A stretch of DNA of 64,000 nt from Deltaproteobacteria bacterium (GTDB lineage Bacteria > Myxococcota > Kuafuiibacteriia > Kuafuiibacteriales > Kuafuiibacteriaceae). The DNA lies in NCBI GenBank assembly GCA_040218735.1, contig JAVJQW010000019.1, forward strand, positions 32,001-96,000, written 5' to 3'. Shown here one piece after another: positions 27,897 through 37,286 of this stretch (position 1 is the first letter of the stretch; each line of letters begins with the position of its first letter). Below the pieces are notes generated by a model that searched no databases, was not told the DNA's origin, and was given only the letters and a program-made list of their open reading frames with translations. Made by a program: the position numbers and the translations under genes.

Positions 27897-28946
27897 GTGA
27901 GCGGCGACGGGTACAAGGGCGCGCGGCCGACCGGTTCCATCCTCGGTGACGACACCCCGGACGCGTGGGCCGAGGACTCCAACCCCGAAGCCCACACCGA
28001 GTTCGAGTTCTCCCCACCGACGCCGCAACGCGCGAAGCGCCCCGACCCCGAGCCTCCCCCGCCCGAGCCCAAACCCAAGGCGCCGCCGAGCGAGGTCGAA
28101 GCGCTCCTCGACCAGGTGATCGACGAGGCGGTTCCGCCGCCCGAGACCGACGAGGTCCCACTCCCCGACGCATACTCGACGGAGGAGATGCCCGAGCTGT
28201 CGCGCCCCCCCACCTTCGCGCCGAAGCTCGCGCCCCCGGACGACAACCTCGCGACCAACCGCGTCGAGATCCCCAAGACACTCTCGCAGCGACCGAAGGT
28301 CCCGGTCGGTCGCGACACCCAGACCGAGATGTTCGACGGCGAGGCCGCGTCGCTGCAGCGCGCGATCGACGCGTCGTTCGGCGACAAGAAGCCGGGCGTC
28401 CGCATTCCCGAGGAGCTCACGCCGGAGGTACGCGCGGTGTCGAAGGTGCTGATGGGCCGCACGGGTCCGGGCGCTGACGCCGACGTTCCCGCGAAACCCA
28501 CGCCCACCGCGAAGAAGGCCCCGACGATGCCCTCGCTGACCGACGACCTGGTCCTCGGCGACGACGCGGGCACGCCCGTGCCGGCGACCCAATCGATCCT
28601 GGCCAACGCGCCGCCGCCGAAGCCGCCGCCCCGTCCGGTCGCGCCCGTGAGCTCACCCTCCGGCGCCGAGCTCGACGCCGTGGCGGATGCGTTCGACCTG
28701 GAGCCGAGCGAACCGTCCCACCCCGCCGCGGACGCGTCGTCGGGGTTGGAGCTCGCCTACGATCCGCAACGTCCGGCGCCGAAGTTCAGCCCGTCGCGCG
28801 GAGCGAGTGCGCCATCGCGGCCTTCGAACGCCGCGCTGAAGACACTCGACGCCGTCGAGCCGACGGCGATGGCCACCACGACGAAGATCCTCATCGCGTT
28901 TGCGGTGGTGCTGGTCGCGGTCGCGGTCGTCGCGTTCCTCAGGTAG
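27897..28946 (+). CDS. Proline-rich hypothetical protein with C-terminal TM anchor
   Basis: P/E/D-rich disordered body, terminal ILIAFAVVLVAVAVVAFLR. Confidence 0.7.
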   Translation: MSGDGYKGARPTGSILGDDTPDAWAEDSNPEAHTEFEFSPPTPQRAKRPDPEPPPPEPKPKAPPSEVEALLDQVIDEAVPPPETDEVPLPDAYSTEEMPELSRPPTFAPKLAPPDDNLATNRVEIPKTLSQRPKVPVGRDTQTEMFDGEAASLQRAIDASFGDKKPGVRIPEELTPEVRAVSKVLMGRTGPGADADVPAKPTPTAKKAPTMPSLTDDLVLGDDAGTPVPATQSILANAPPPKPPPRPVAPVSSPSGAELDAVADAFDLEPSEPSHPAADASSGLELAYDPQRPAPKFSPSRGASAPSRPSNAALKTLDAVEPTAMATTTKILIAFAVVLVAVAVVAFLR

Positions 28947-29559
28947 TCGGCGCGACCGGGAGGTGCGCGCGTTCGTTGAACGTCCGCAGGTGCCACCCGA
29001 GCTCGTAGAGCTCGAAGCGGTGAATCGCGCAGTTGTCGGGACGCATCCTCAGCGGGACGCCGCGTGGGATGCCGAGGACGTAGCGCGTGAACCAGCTGAT
29101 CAGGCCGCCGTGGGTGACGGCGAGGATCGTGTGGTCGGGGTAGCGCACGGCGATGTCGTCGGTGACATCGCGAGCGCGTTTGACGAGGTCGTCGCGGCTC
29201 TCGCCGCCGCCCGGCATCGGGAAGTCCGGCTGGCCGCTCTGGAGCGCGGCCTTCACGTCCGGGTGGGCTTCGCGGATCTCCTCCCAGGTGCGGCCCTCGA
29301 GTTTACCGAACGACATCTCGCGCAGGCGCGGATCGAGGATCGGCTCGACGGCGTGCGGGACGGCGATGATCCGAGCGGTCGCGACCGCGCGCGTGAGATC
29401 GCTCGAATAGATCGCGTGAATCGGCTCGTCGGCGAGCGCCTCCGCGACCGTCTTGGCCTGGAGGATGCCGTGCGCGGTGAGCTCGCTGTTCGACTGGCCC
29501 TGGATGCGAAGCTCGCGGTTCCATTCGCTCTCGCCGTGCCGGACGAGGATCAACTTCAC
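28939..29559 (-). CDS. Histidine phosphatase (phosphoglycerate mutase family)
   Basis: LVRHGES.WN, SSDL.RA..TA, LRE..FG..EG, GES, VTHGG; GTG overlaps upstream TGA. Confidence 0.93.
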   Translation of the reverse strand: MKLILVRHGESEWNRELRIQGQSNSELTAHGILQAKTVAEALADEPIHAIYSSDLTRAVATARIIAVPHAVEPILDPRLREMSFGKLEGRTWEEIREAHPDVKAALQSGQPDFPMPGGGESRDDLVKRARDVTDDIAVRYPDHTILAVTHGGLISWFTRYVLGIPRGVPLRMRPDNCAIHRFELYELGWHLRTFNERAHLPVAPTT

Positions 29560-30152
29560 GGCGCGGCCTCGGGGACCCCGAGGGCGACGAGGTCCTCGAT
29601 TAGCGTCGGCGTGTCGACGCGGAGCACGCCGCGCATCCCGACGGCTTCGGCGCCCTTCACGTTGTCGGGGCGATCGTCGACGAAGATGCAGTCCTCGGCG
29701 GGCACGCCGAGCGCGTCGACGACGTACTGGTACGCCTCGGGGACCGGCTTCCTGAAACCCATGTGGCAGGAGACGAAGGTCCAGCCGACGTAGCGCGACA
29801 CCTTCAGCTTGTCTTCGATCAGGCGGTACCAGACGGGGTAGTTGGAGAGCGTGTGTTGCGCGTAGCCCGCAGCGTCGAGGCGGCGGACGAGATCTTCCAT
29901 GCCGTCGAGCCAGTCGTAGTGCGCGGTCATCGCGGCCTTGAGGCCGTCGACGTCCCAGGCGCGACGGTCGGTGAAGAAGCGCTCGGCGTGGGTCGCTTCG
30001 TCGATGAAGCCGCGCTCGAAGTCGACCCACGAGCGCCGGTCCTTCACGGCGTAGAGCTGTTCGAGGGTGAGGCCGAAGAACTGGGGGACGGTCTCGAAGA
30101 ACGGTTCGGAGACGAGCGTCCCCATCACGTCGAACAGGAGTACCGGGGCCAC
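29556..30152 (-). CDS. HAD-IA family phosphatase
   Basis: LFDVMGTL, LSN, KP...Y, FVDDR..NV.GA...GM. Confidence 0.9.
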   Translation of the reverse strand: MAPVLLFDVMGTLVSEPFFETVPQFFGLTLEQLYAVKDRRSWVDFERGFIDEATHAERFFTDRRAWDVDGLKAAMTAHYDWLDGMEDLVRRLDAAGYAQHTLSNYPVWYRLIEDKLKVSRYVGWTFVSCHMGFRKPVPEAYQYVVDALGVPAEDCIFVDDRPDNVKGAEAVGMRGVLRVDTPTLIEDLVALGVPEAAP

Positions 30153-30250
30153 CGCACCCTTGATTACGGCGCCCCTCGCGCGTTCGCAACCGTTCGGTCA
30201 CACGATCGCGTGAGCGGGCGCCGTGTTCAGGCTGGGCGACGGGCCTCAGC

Positions 30251-31855
30251 CTAGTCTCGCGGCCAGGGGTCTTCCTCCACGGGGGCCTGCCGGTCGATGG
30301 CGCCGTTGGCGATCATGACGTCGGCGAGTTGCTCGAGGAGCGCGATGTCGAGCTGCATGTCGACGTCGCCTTCGCCGTCGTTCACGCCGTCTTCGTAGTC
30401 CGCGACGGCGGCGATCAGACGACGGAGGAGATCCACGCCGTCCGCGCCTTGGCCGCGGTGGAACAGGTCCGTCGCTCCGCGCATCCCGACGAGGATGTTC
30501 AACATGACGAACGACTTCGTGACGATGTCGTTGTCGAAGAAGCCCTCGCGCAGGAGGACATCGGCCGGGTGCGGGTAAGCCACCTTGAGGGACTGCGTCA
30601 CACGCTCGGTCTGGCCGGGCACGCGGTACGACAGCGCGATGCCCGCGACGTCGGTGTCCCCGTCCTGCGCGACGTCGTCGTTCGGCATCAGCTCGAGGAG
30701 CAGCGCGGAGCCACCGCCGCGGCGGCCGTTCCCCTCGGTGACGTCGTCGTGCGACGTGCGGTGCGCGAGGAAGACACTCGGGATCGAGAGGCGACCACTC
30801 GTGAGGTCGTGCTCGAAGAGCGAGGAGCCGTACGCGTTGCGGAAACGGTAGTCGGCGCCGGCTTCGACTTCGATCTCGAGATCGAACGCGACCGGCACGG
30901 TGAAGTAAGCGAGCTCCTCGGTGAAGACCTCCTCCACCGCCGACGCGTCCTCGACGAAGTACGCGTTGCCGTCGCCCTGCAGGGAGAGGTCGCGCATGAG
31001 CGCGTAGTTGAACGAGGTGCCGAGGCCGATCGTGGTGAGGCCCACGCCGTCGGAGTTGTAGGCGCGGCTGTTCTCGAGGATCTGAGCGGGGCCGGTGACG
31101 CCCGCGGTCGGCTGGCCGTCGGAGAGGAGGATGACGCGGTTCTGCAGGCCGATGTCGTAGTTTTGGAGGACCTGCTGGTAGCCGAGCTCGAGGCCGCCCC
31201 ACAGGTTGGTCGATCCGCCGGGGACGAGGCCGTCGACGACTTCGCGGAGTCGGTTGCGCGCGCCGCGCACCTCGGCCATCTCGAAGCGAACCTCGGCGTC
31301 GCCGGAGTACGCGACGATGGCGATGCGGTCGTCGTCGTAGAGCTCGTTGACCATCTGCATCAGGCCGCTCTTCACGAAGTCCATCTTCCCCTCGGAGGAC
31401 ATCGAGCCGGACACGTCGACGACGATCGCGAGGTTGAGGGGCGGGCGGTTGTTCGGGTCGACGGCGAGCGGCGAGTTCAGACCGACCTGCAGCAGCGTGC
31501 AGTTGTTCCCGTTGATGAGGTTGGCCATGACGCCGAGCATCGCTTGGCCGCAGACACGCTCACCGCACTCCGGCTCGGGGAGGGGCGTGTGGTGCTCGGC
31601 GAAGAAGCCGGCGTCGTCGACGTCGTCGGGGCGCGGCACCTGGTTCGCGTCGAGGAGGCGGCGGAAGTAGCCGAAGTCCTGCGCGCCGCCGAGGTTCACG
31701 TTGGTGTTGTTGCCGGCGTTGGGGTTGTTGGGGTTGCCGCCCGTGTTGTCGGGGGCGGCGATCGAGGTGTCGTCGTAGGCGCCCAGGCCCCCGCAGGCGG
31801 AGGCGAAGACGAAGAAGAGGGACGGTGCAAATCGAGTGGCGACTTTGAATTTCAT
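30251..31855 (-). CDS. VWA domain lipoprotein (YfbK-like)
   Basis: ASAC lipobox, MIDAS VVDVSGSM, GGSTN, LLSDG, TIGLG. Confidence 0.9.
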   Translation of the reverse strand: MKFKVATRFAPSLFFVFASACGGLGAYDDTSIAAPDNTGGNPNNPNAGNNTNVNLGGAQDFGYFRRLLDANQVPRPDDVDDAGFFAEHHTPLPEPECGERVCGQAMLGVMANLINGNNCTLLQVGLNSPLAVDPNNRPPLNLAIVVDVSGSMSSEGKMDFVKSGLMQMVNELYDDDRIAIVAYSGDAEVRFEMAEVRGARNRLREVVDGLVPGGSTNLWGGLELGYQQVLQNYDIGLQNRVILLSDGQPTAGVTGPAQILENSRAYNSDGVGLTTIGLGTSFNYALMRDLSLQGDGNAYFVEDASAVEEVFTEELAYFTVPVAFDLEIEVEAGADYRFRNAYGSSLFEHDLTSGRLSIPSVFLAHRTSHDDVTEGNGRRGGGSALLLELMPNDDVAQDGDTDVAGIALSYRVPGQTERVTQSLKVAYPHPADVLLREGFFDNDIVTKSFVMLNILVGMRGATDLFHRGQGADGVDLLRRLIAAVADYEDGVNDGEGDVDMQLDIALLEQLADVMIANGAIDRQAPVEEDPWPRD

Positions 31856-31879
31856 TCGGTGACCTCGGCGCGCCCTAAC

Positions 31880-31896
31880 CGCAAGGCACGTGCCAG
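31880..31896 (-). promoter_or_regulatory. sigma54 (-24/-12) promoter of the VWA gene
   Basis: Minus strand CTGGCACGTGCCTTGCG = TGGCAC-N5-TTGC, ~25 nt before ATG with a GAGGT SD in between. Confidence 0.75.
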
Positions 31897-32022
31897 AAAA
31901 CTGAGGCGCCACGAAATCCTTTGCAGTTCGACGACTTGGGCGCGTGCGCGCGGCCACGACGGCGACACGGGTGTCATGCCGCTGCAAGCGCCGTCACCTT
32001 CGGCTAGGGTGCGCGTGCTTCG

Positions 32023-32514
32023 ATGCCTCGAAGATCGCGACGAACATTCGGCGGCTACGCGCTCCGCGACATCGCTGTCGCGCTCGCGATCGCGTGTACC
32101 GGCTGCGGCGGCCTCACGCGGGGGATGATTCGAACGTCGCCGCCCGCCAAGAACCTCGAACGCCTCGACCACGAGCGCAGCTGGGTCCGCGAGGACGCCG
32201 CCACCGCGCTCGGCGCGGCGCGCGCCGCGGAAGCCGTCGGCCCCCTCGAGCAGCTCGTCACGCGCCGCGACGAACGCGACTACGTCCGCGCCGCCGCCGC
32301 GCGCGCGCTGGGAGAGATCGGTGCGGCGTCCTCCCTCGGGGTGCTCGCGGGAGTCGCGACCGAACGGGGCGCGCCGCCCGCGCTGCAGATCGCGGTGATC
32401 GAAGCGGTGTGCCGGTACGGCAAGACCGACGAGACCGCCGCGCAGGCGATCGCGCCGCTCGCGCAGCACGAGGATCTGCTCGTCTCCGCTTCGGCCCAGC
32501 GAGGTTGCCGGTGA
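32023..32514 (+). CDS. HEAT-repeat lipoprotein
   Basis: CTGC lipobox-like; VREDAATALG, VRAAAARALGEIG; start uncertain. Confidence 0.7.
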   Translation: MPRRSRRTFGGYALRDIAVALAIACTGCGGLTRGMIRTSPPAKNLERLDHERSWVREDAATALGAARAAEAVGPLEQLVTRRDERDYVRAAAARALGEIGAASSLGVLAGVATERGAPPALQIAVIEAVCRYGKTDETAAQAIAPLAQHEDLLVSASAQRGCR

Positions 32515-33662
32515 GGCGTACGTTCCCCCGGCAAGCTCGATCCTTCGTGACGCCTCGGACGGTGGGCGCCGTAGCGCTCACCGCGGCGCTCGCGCTCGGA
32601 TGTATCACCACGCCCCCGGACGTCTACGATCTGATGGACGCCCCCGACGAGCCCTCGCGGCTCGACGCTTCCGCCGAAGCCGCGCAGCTCCTCACGCGGC
32701 GCGGCCCGATCGCGATCCGGCTCGCCGCCGCGCGCACCCTGGGTCGCCTGCGGGTCGTCGACGCGACCGTGATCGGCGCGCTCCGTTCGACGCTCCTGGC
32801 GCGCGACGTCCCCGAGCTCCGCGCCTACGCCGCTTGGGCGCTCGGCGAGCTACGCTCGGACGCATCGCTCGCCGCGCTGCAAGACGGCTTGCGCGTGCAG
32901 CTCGAGCCGATCGTCGCCGAGCACGTCATGGAGGCGCTCGCCAAACACTACGCGGTGATGACGAAGGACCGCGAGACCCTCGTGGAGGTCGTCGAGGCGC
33001 TCGTCTACTTCGCGGGCAACCACGGGCAAGCGCTGCCGTCGAGCTACGATCTCCTCAGCGCCAACACCCGCACGGTCACGGTGAACGTCGAAGTGCTGCG
33101 GCGGACGGTGGACCGCGCCGTCGACCAGGAGAAGCAGGGGAAGAAGCTCAGCGCGGAGGAGCGCGCGGCGACGTACAGCGCGGCGTACGAGCTGCTGACC
33201 CGACTGAGTGACAACCGCCCCGAGATCGTCGCGGGGCCCGCCGAGTGGGCGACGCGGGTGGATGCTTCGGTTGACGTGAGCGTCGATGCGATCGCCACCG
33301 GTGACCCGCAGACGGCGCTCGTCATCCTCTACTACCTCGGCCGCCTCGCTGAGGTCCCGGAGATCGCGCGTCCCTCCGCGAAGCGCCTCCCGACTCCGCT
33401 GCTCGGCGCCGGCCGCGAGATGCGTCGCGACACGCCGCGCGGCCCGACGGATCCCGTTGCGCTCTCGCACCGGATCGTGACGACGTGGGCGGTCGCTCGG
33501 ATGCAGGTGCACGCGCTCGGACCGCGTCGCGCGCTGCTCCTCGACGTGCTCTCGAAGGAGATCGAGCCGCAGGTGCTGCGACTCCTCGCGGACATGTCGC
33601 GACGCAACGGCGACTTCGATCAGCTGCAGAAGATCCTCGGCGTCACCGGAGCGGACGGATGA
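32511..33662 (+). CDS. HEAT-repeat lipoprotein
   Basis: LALGC lipobox; IRLAAARTLGRL, LRAYAAWALGEL; GTG overlaps upstream TGA. Confidence 0.75.
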   Translation: MRRTFPRQARSFVTPRTVGAVALTAALALGCITTPPDVYDLMDAPDEPSRLDASAEAAQLLTRRGPIAIRLAAARTLGRLRVVDATVIGALRSTLLARDVPELRAYAAWALGELRSDASLAALQDGLRVQLEPIVAEHVMEALAKHYAVMTKDRETLVEVVEALVYFAGNHGQALPSSYDLLSANTRTVTVNVEVLRRTVDRAVDQEKQGKKLSAEERAATYSAAYELLTRLSDNRPEIVAGPAEWATRVDASVDVSVDAIATGDPQTALVILYYLGRLAEVPEIARPSAKRLPTPLLGAGREMRRDTPRGPTDPVALSHRIVTTWAVARMQVHALGPRRALLLDVLSKEIEPQVLRLLADMSRRNGDFDQLQKILGVTGADG

Positions 33663-35098
33663 AGCGGCTCCTCCCGATCCTGCTGGCGCTGGGCTGTACC
33701 GGCCTCGAAGCACCGAGGCTCCCGCCGACGGTCGACGTCAGCGGCGTGTTCCGGAGCGGACGCGGCCCCGTCGATCTGCGCGACGTCGAGCTGAGCGCGC
33801 TGTACCTCGTCCCGCGCGAGGTCCGCGAGGGTCGGCCGTACACGATCCACGTCGAGGATCGAAACCTCGCGCTCGTCGACTTCGTCGGCGTGCTCGCGAA
33901 GGACGGCGCGCTCTACGTGAACGACGTGCTCCACGAGCGGCTCCCGCCGGTCTATCAGTACGACAAGATCTCGCCGCGGCAGATTCGGTTCTCTTCGAAG
34001 CAGGGATCGTTCGTCGGACCCCAGCAGCTCTTCGTCCCCGACCCGAACGTCCTCGCGGCGCTCGACACCGGCTACGAGATCGAAGTGCGCGTGAACGACG
34101 TCGCGGACCGCTTCGTCTTCCGCCCGCTCTACGACGCCGCGCTCTACCGACCCTACGACCGCGCCGGGAACACCGGCCCCGCGGGGCGCGCGGGCGTGAG
34201 CGGCAAAGACGGGCCCGACGGCTCCAACGGATCGGACGGCAGCGACGGCGAAGACGGGAGCGACGGCGGCGACGGCACCGACGGCGAAGACGGCTCCGAC
34301 GGCAGCAGCGGCGACATCGGTAAGAACGGACGACGCGGCGCCCCCGGCGGCGTGGGTGATCCGGGCCCGGAGCTCCTGCTGACGTTCCGCCCGATCTACT
34401 CGAAGTTCTACCCGGACGAGGAGCTGGTGTTCCTGCACGTCGAGGCGCGCTACCGACACGCGCGCCAGTCGAAGCCGTACAAGGTCGAGAACCACCGCTA
34501 CGTCTTCCACGCCGGCGACAAGTTCCGCATCACCACGCGCGGCGGCGACGGCGGCCAAGGCGGCGCGGGCGGCAACGGCGGCGCGGGCGGCGACGGCGGA
34601 AGCGGCGGCGACGGCGGTGATGGCGGCGACGGCGGCGACGGCGCGTCGAGCACCTCCGGCCCCGGCGGCAACGGCGGCAACGGTGGTGACGGCGGAGACG
34701 GTGGCGACGGCGGCAACGGCAGCGTCGGCGGCCGCGGCGCCCCCGGCGGACGTGGCGGAGACGGCGGAGACGGCGGCGCGATCACCGCGCGCTTCTTCGG
34801 CAACGACGCCTTCACGCGACGCGTCCGCGCCTCGATCCAGCTCGTCAGCGCCGCCGGCGTCGGCGGCAGCGGCGGACGCGGCGGCAGCGGCGGACGCGCC
34901 GGCTACCGCGGCAACGGCGGCGACAAAGGCGAAGGCGGAGACGGCGGCCAGGGCGGCTCCGGCACGCCCCGCGGCCAGAACGGCCGCGACGGCAACAACG
35001 GCTTCGACGGCGCCGACGGCGAGATCGGCTCAGCCGGCCGCGCCGCACCCCCCGGGCAACCGGGCGCGAACGGCCGGCGCAGTCGCACGGCCTGGTAG
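33659..35098 (+). CDS. Glycine-rich/collagen-like lipoprotein
   Basis: MKRLLPILLALGC; G-X-Y and GG-X tracts separated by short beta segments. Confidence 0.8.
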   Translation: MKRLLPILLALGCTGLEAPRLPPTVDVSGVFRSGRGPVDLRDVELSALYLVPREVREGRPYTIHVEDRNLALVDFVGVLAKDGALYVNDVLHERLPPVYQYDKISPRQIRFSSKQGSFVGPQQLFVPDPNVLAALDTGYEIEVRVNDVADRFVFRPLYDAALYRPYDRAGNTGPAGRAGVSGKDGPDGSNGSDGSDGEDGSDGGDGTDGEDGSDGSSGDIGKNGRRGAPGGVGDPGPELLLTFRPIYSKFYPDEELVFLHVEARYRHARQSKPYKVENHRYVFHAGDKFRITTRGGDGGQGGAGGNGGAGGDGGSGGDGGDGGDGGDGASSTSGPGGNGGNGGDGGDGGDGGNGSVGGRGAPGGRGGDGGDGGAITARFFGNDAFTRRVRASIQLVSAAGVGGSGGRGGSGGRAGYRGNGGDKGEGGDGGQGGSGTPRGQNGRDGNNGFDGADGEIGSAGRAAPPGQPGANGRRSRTAW

Positions 35099-35258
35099 CG
35101 GCACCGCCATCTTGCACGCCGCGGTCGAGCGCGGCGCCGCGAAGAACGGCACCTTCGACCACGCGCCCACGCCGTCGGGGTTGAGCGGGGAGACGGGAGT
35201 ACGCCTCCGGCGACGACGACCGCGCCGCACCGACGCGGTCGCCAGCGCAAGCGATCGA

Positions 35259-37202
35259 TCAAGGCACCCCGATCACCACGTACCCGATCTGCTCCGTCGT
35301 GTGCCCGACCTCGGCGTCCCCCGACGCCTCCTCCTCGACCTTCACCTGCACGCTCGACGTCCCGAGGTTTCGGTAGCGCACCGCGGCGGGGTCGCTGCCG
35401 TCGAACGTCTGCATGGCGGCGAAGAACGACGGCGTGTTCACGCTGTTCGCGAAGCTCACCGTCGACCAGGCGTCGGTCACCGAGTTCCCCGTGCGCCCGA
35501 CCACGACGCGACGCCCCGCGACCGTCGTCGTCCCGCGCTGGATCGCGATCCAGTGCACCGACTCCGTCGTGTGGGTGCCGTCGTTGCCCTCTTCCTCCTG
35601 CAGCCGCATCTGGAACGACGTCGCGGAGACGTTGCGGATGCGCACCGTCACCGCCTGTCCGCCGTTGCGCGAAGCGACCTGCGCCAACACAACCGGCGCC
35701 GACGGGAACGACTGCGACAGGTTCACCGTCACCCAGTCGTGGTCCAAGTTCCGCGAGCCCGCCTGCGCCGCGAGCGTTCCGATCTGCCGATTGCCCGAAC
35801 CCATCGCCCACCAACCGACGCTCTCCGAGACGTGCCCACCGTCGAGGTAGTCCCACTCCTCGAGCTGATACGAGAAGCTCGACGCGCTCACGCTCTGCAC
35901 GCGCATCACCGCGGGCTGGCTGCCACCGAACGACGGTGGTCCCATCACCACGATCGGGTTCGCAGGCGCGCCGGTCATCGACTGCGTGTAGAAGGTCGCG
36001 CCGTCGGCCTGGCTGCGCGTCGCCGTCCCGTACACAAACGGCACCGCCGACGGGCGGAACGCCGCGACGATCGCGGCCGTGTTGTTGATCGTACGGAAGT
36101 TCTCCCGCTGGTTCGCGATGCCCGTTGCGAGCCCCTGGTGCGACACGTTCGGGTTCGAGAAGTACGGCGCACGCGCGCAGCCGCCGGTGCACTGGTTCGA
36201 GTACGACATCACCGTGCGGTACGCCCCCGAGTGGAAGTGCCCGAACGCGTACGGGTACGACGCCGACGACGGCGATGTACCGTTCGCCGGGTCGTGCTCA
36301 CACCCCTGGTTGTGACCGAACTCGTGCGCGAAGGACAGGTTGCCGACCGCGCAGCTGCGCGTCGTCACCTGGAACCCGAACGGCGCGAAGCTCGCCCCCG
36401 GCGTCCGCTGCACGTAGCCGATACCGCAAGCTCCGTTGCTCTCCACGATCATCGACACGAGGTCGGCGCCGTGGGTGTTGCGGAGGTTCTGCACCGTCGA
36501 GTTGTTGCGGAGGTTGTTGAGGTCCGTGCTCGAGTTGTTGCTGTCGTTGATCCCGATCTGCTGCACGTGGACGAGGTTCAAACGCACGTCGACGCCGCTG
36601 TTCGCGTACGCGGTGTTCGTGATGTCGACCGCCGCCTGGATCGTCGATTGGATCTGCGCCGTACCACCCGCGCCGTCACGGGCCTGCGGCGTGTAGACGA
36701 CCATGACGTCGATATCCACGACGTCGCCCGCCACCGCCGCGGTCTGCGCCGCCTGCGCCTTCCCGCCAACCGAAGGCGCATCCTCCTGCGCACACTCCGG
36801 GTACATCGCCGGATCGATCATCGCGAGGCGCGGACCGCCGGGGCCCGGGAGCACCTCGTACTGCACCCACGGCGTGTAGATCAGCCCGGAGATCGCGCCG
36901 TCGTGCTGCGTGAGGAGGACGTCCCAGCCGCCGTGGATTCGCCCTCGCCACGTGAAGCCGGCCTTGCGCGTGTCGATACGCTCGAGCTTCGCGGTGAACA
37001 CGCCGTCCGGGAGCACCAGCTCGACCGCGCCGGCGTCGGCGAGCGCGCGCAGGTCGATCTCCAACCGGTGCTCGTCCACGGACGCGATGCCCACGTTCTC
37101 CTCGAACAACTCCGCGGCGCGGATCGTCGTGGGCGCCGCGTCGGCGTTCGCCGCGACGAACGTCAATGCAAGCCAGCTTGCCAAACCTGTCGTGTGCTTC
37201 AT
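35259..37202 (-). CDS. Secreted M12/reprolysin-like zinc metalloprotease with C-terminal beta-rich repeats
   Basis: Signal peptide, IDVMVVYT, HEFGHNQGCEHD, TVMSY Met-turn, FSNP; three F...P.V...EEE....H..E repeats. Confidence 0.9.
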   Translation of the reverse strand: MKHTTGLASWLALTFVAANADAAPTTIRAAELFEENVGIASVDEHRLEIDLRALADAGAVELVLPDGVFTAKLERIDTRKAGFTWRGRIHGGWDVLLTQHDGAISGLIYTPWVQYEVLPGPGGPRLAMIDPAMYPECAQEDAPSVGGKAQAAQTAAVAGDVVDIDVMVVYTPQARDGAGGTAQIQSTIQAAVDITNTAYANSGVDVRLNLVHVQQIGINDSNNSSTDLNNLRNNSTVQNLRNTHGADLVSMIVESNGACGIGYVQRTPGASFAPFGFQVTTRSCAVGNLSFAHEFGHNQGCEHDPANGTSPSSASYPYAFGHFHSGAYRTVMSYSNQCTGGCARAPYFSNPNVSHQGLATGIANQRENFRTINNTAAIVAAFRPSAVPFVYGTATRSQADGATFYTQSMTGAPANPIVVMGPPSFGGSQPAVMRVQSVSASSFSYQLEEWDYLDGGHVSESVGWWAMGSGNRQIGTLAAQAGSRNLDHDWVTVNLSQSFPSAPVVLAQVASRNGGQAVTVRIRNVSATSFQMRLQEEEGNDGTHTTESVHWIAIQRGTTTVAGRRVVVGRTGNSVTDAWSTVSFANSVNTPSFFAAMQTFDGSDPAAVRYRNLGTSSVQVKVEEEASGDAEVGHTTEQIGYVVIGVP

Positions 37203-37286
37203 GGCGCGCATCCTCGCGGCGCACCGGAGGACGCGCACTCGGGCGTTCCACTGAAAACGTTCGTCAGGTTGTGTCAGATGTCCGCG

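Noticed and set aside
35180-35200. GAGACGGGAGT match to the array motif in a convergent intergenic gap
   Set aside because: Only ~11 bp with no inverted partner; could be chance
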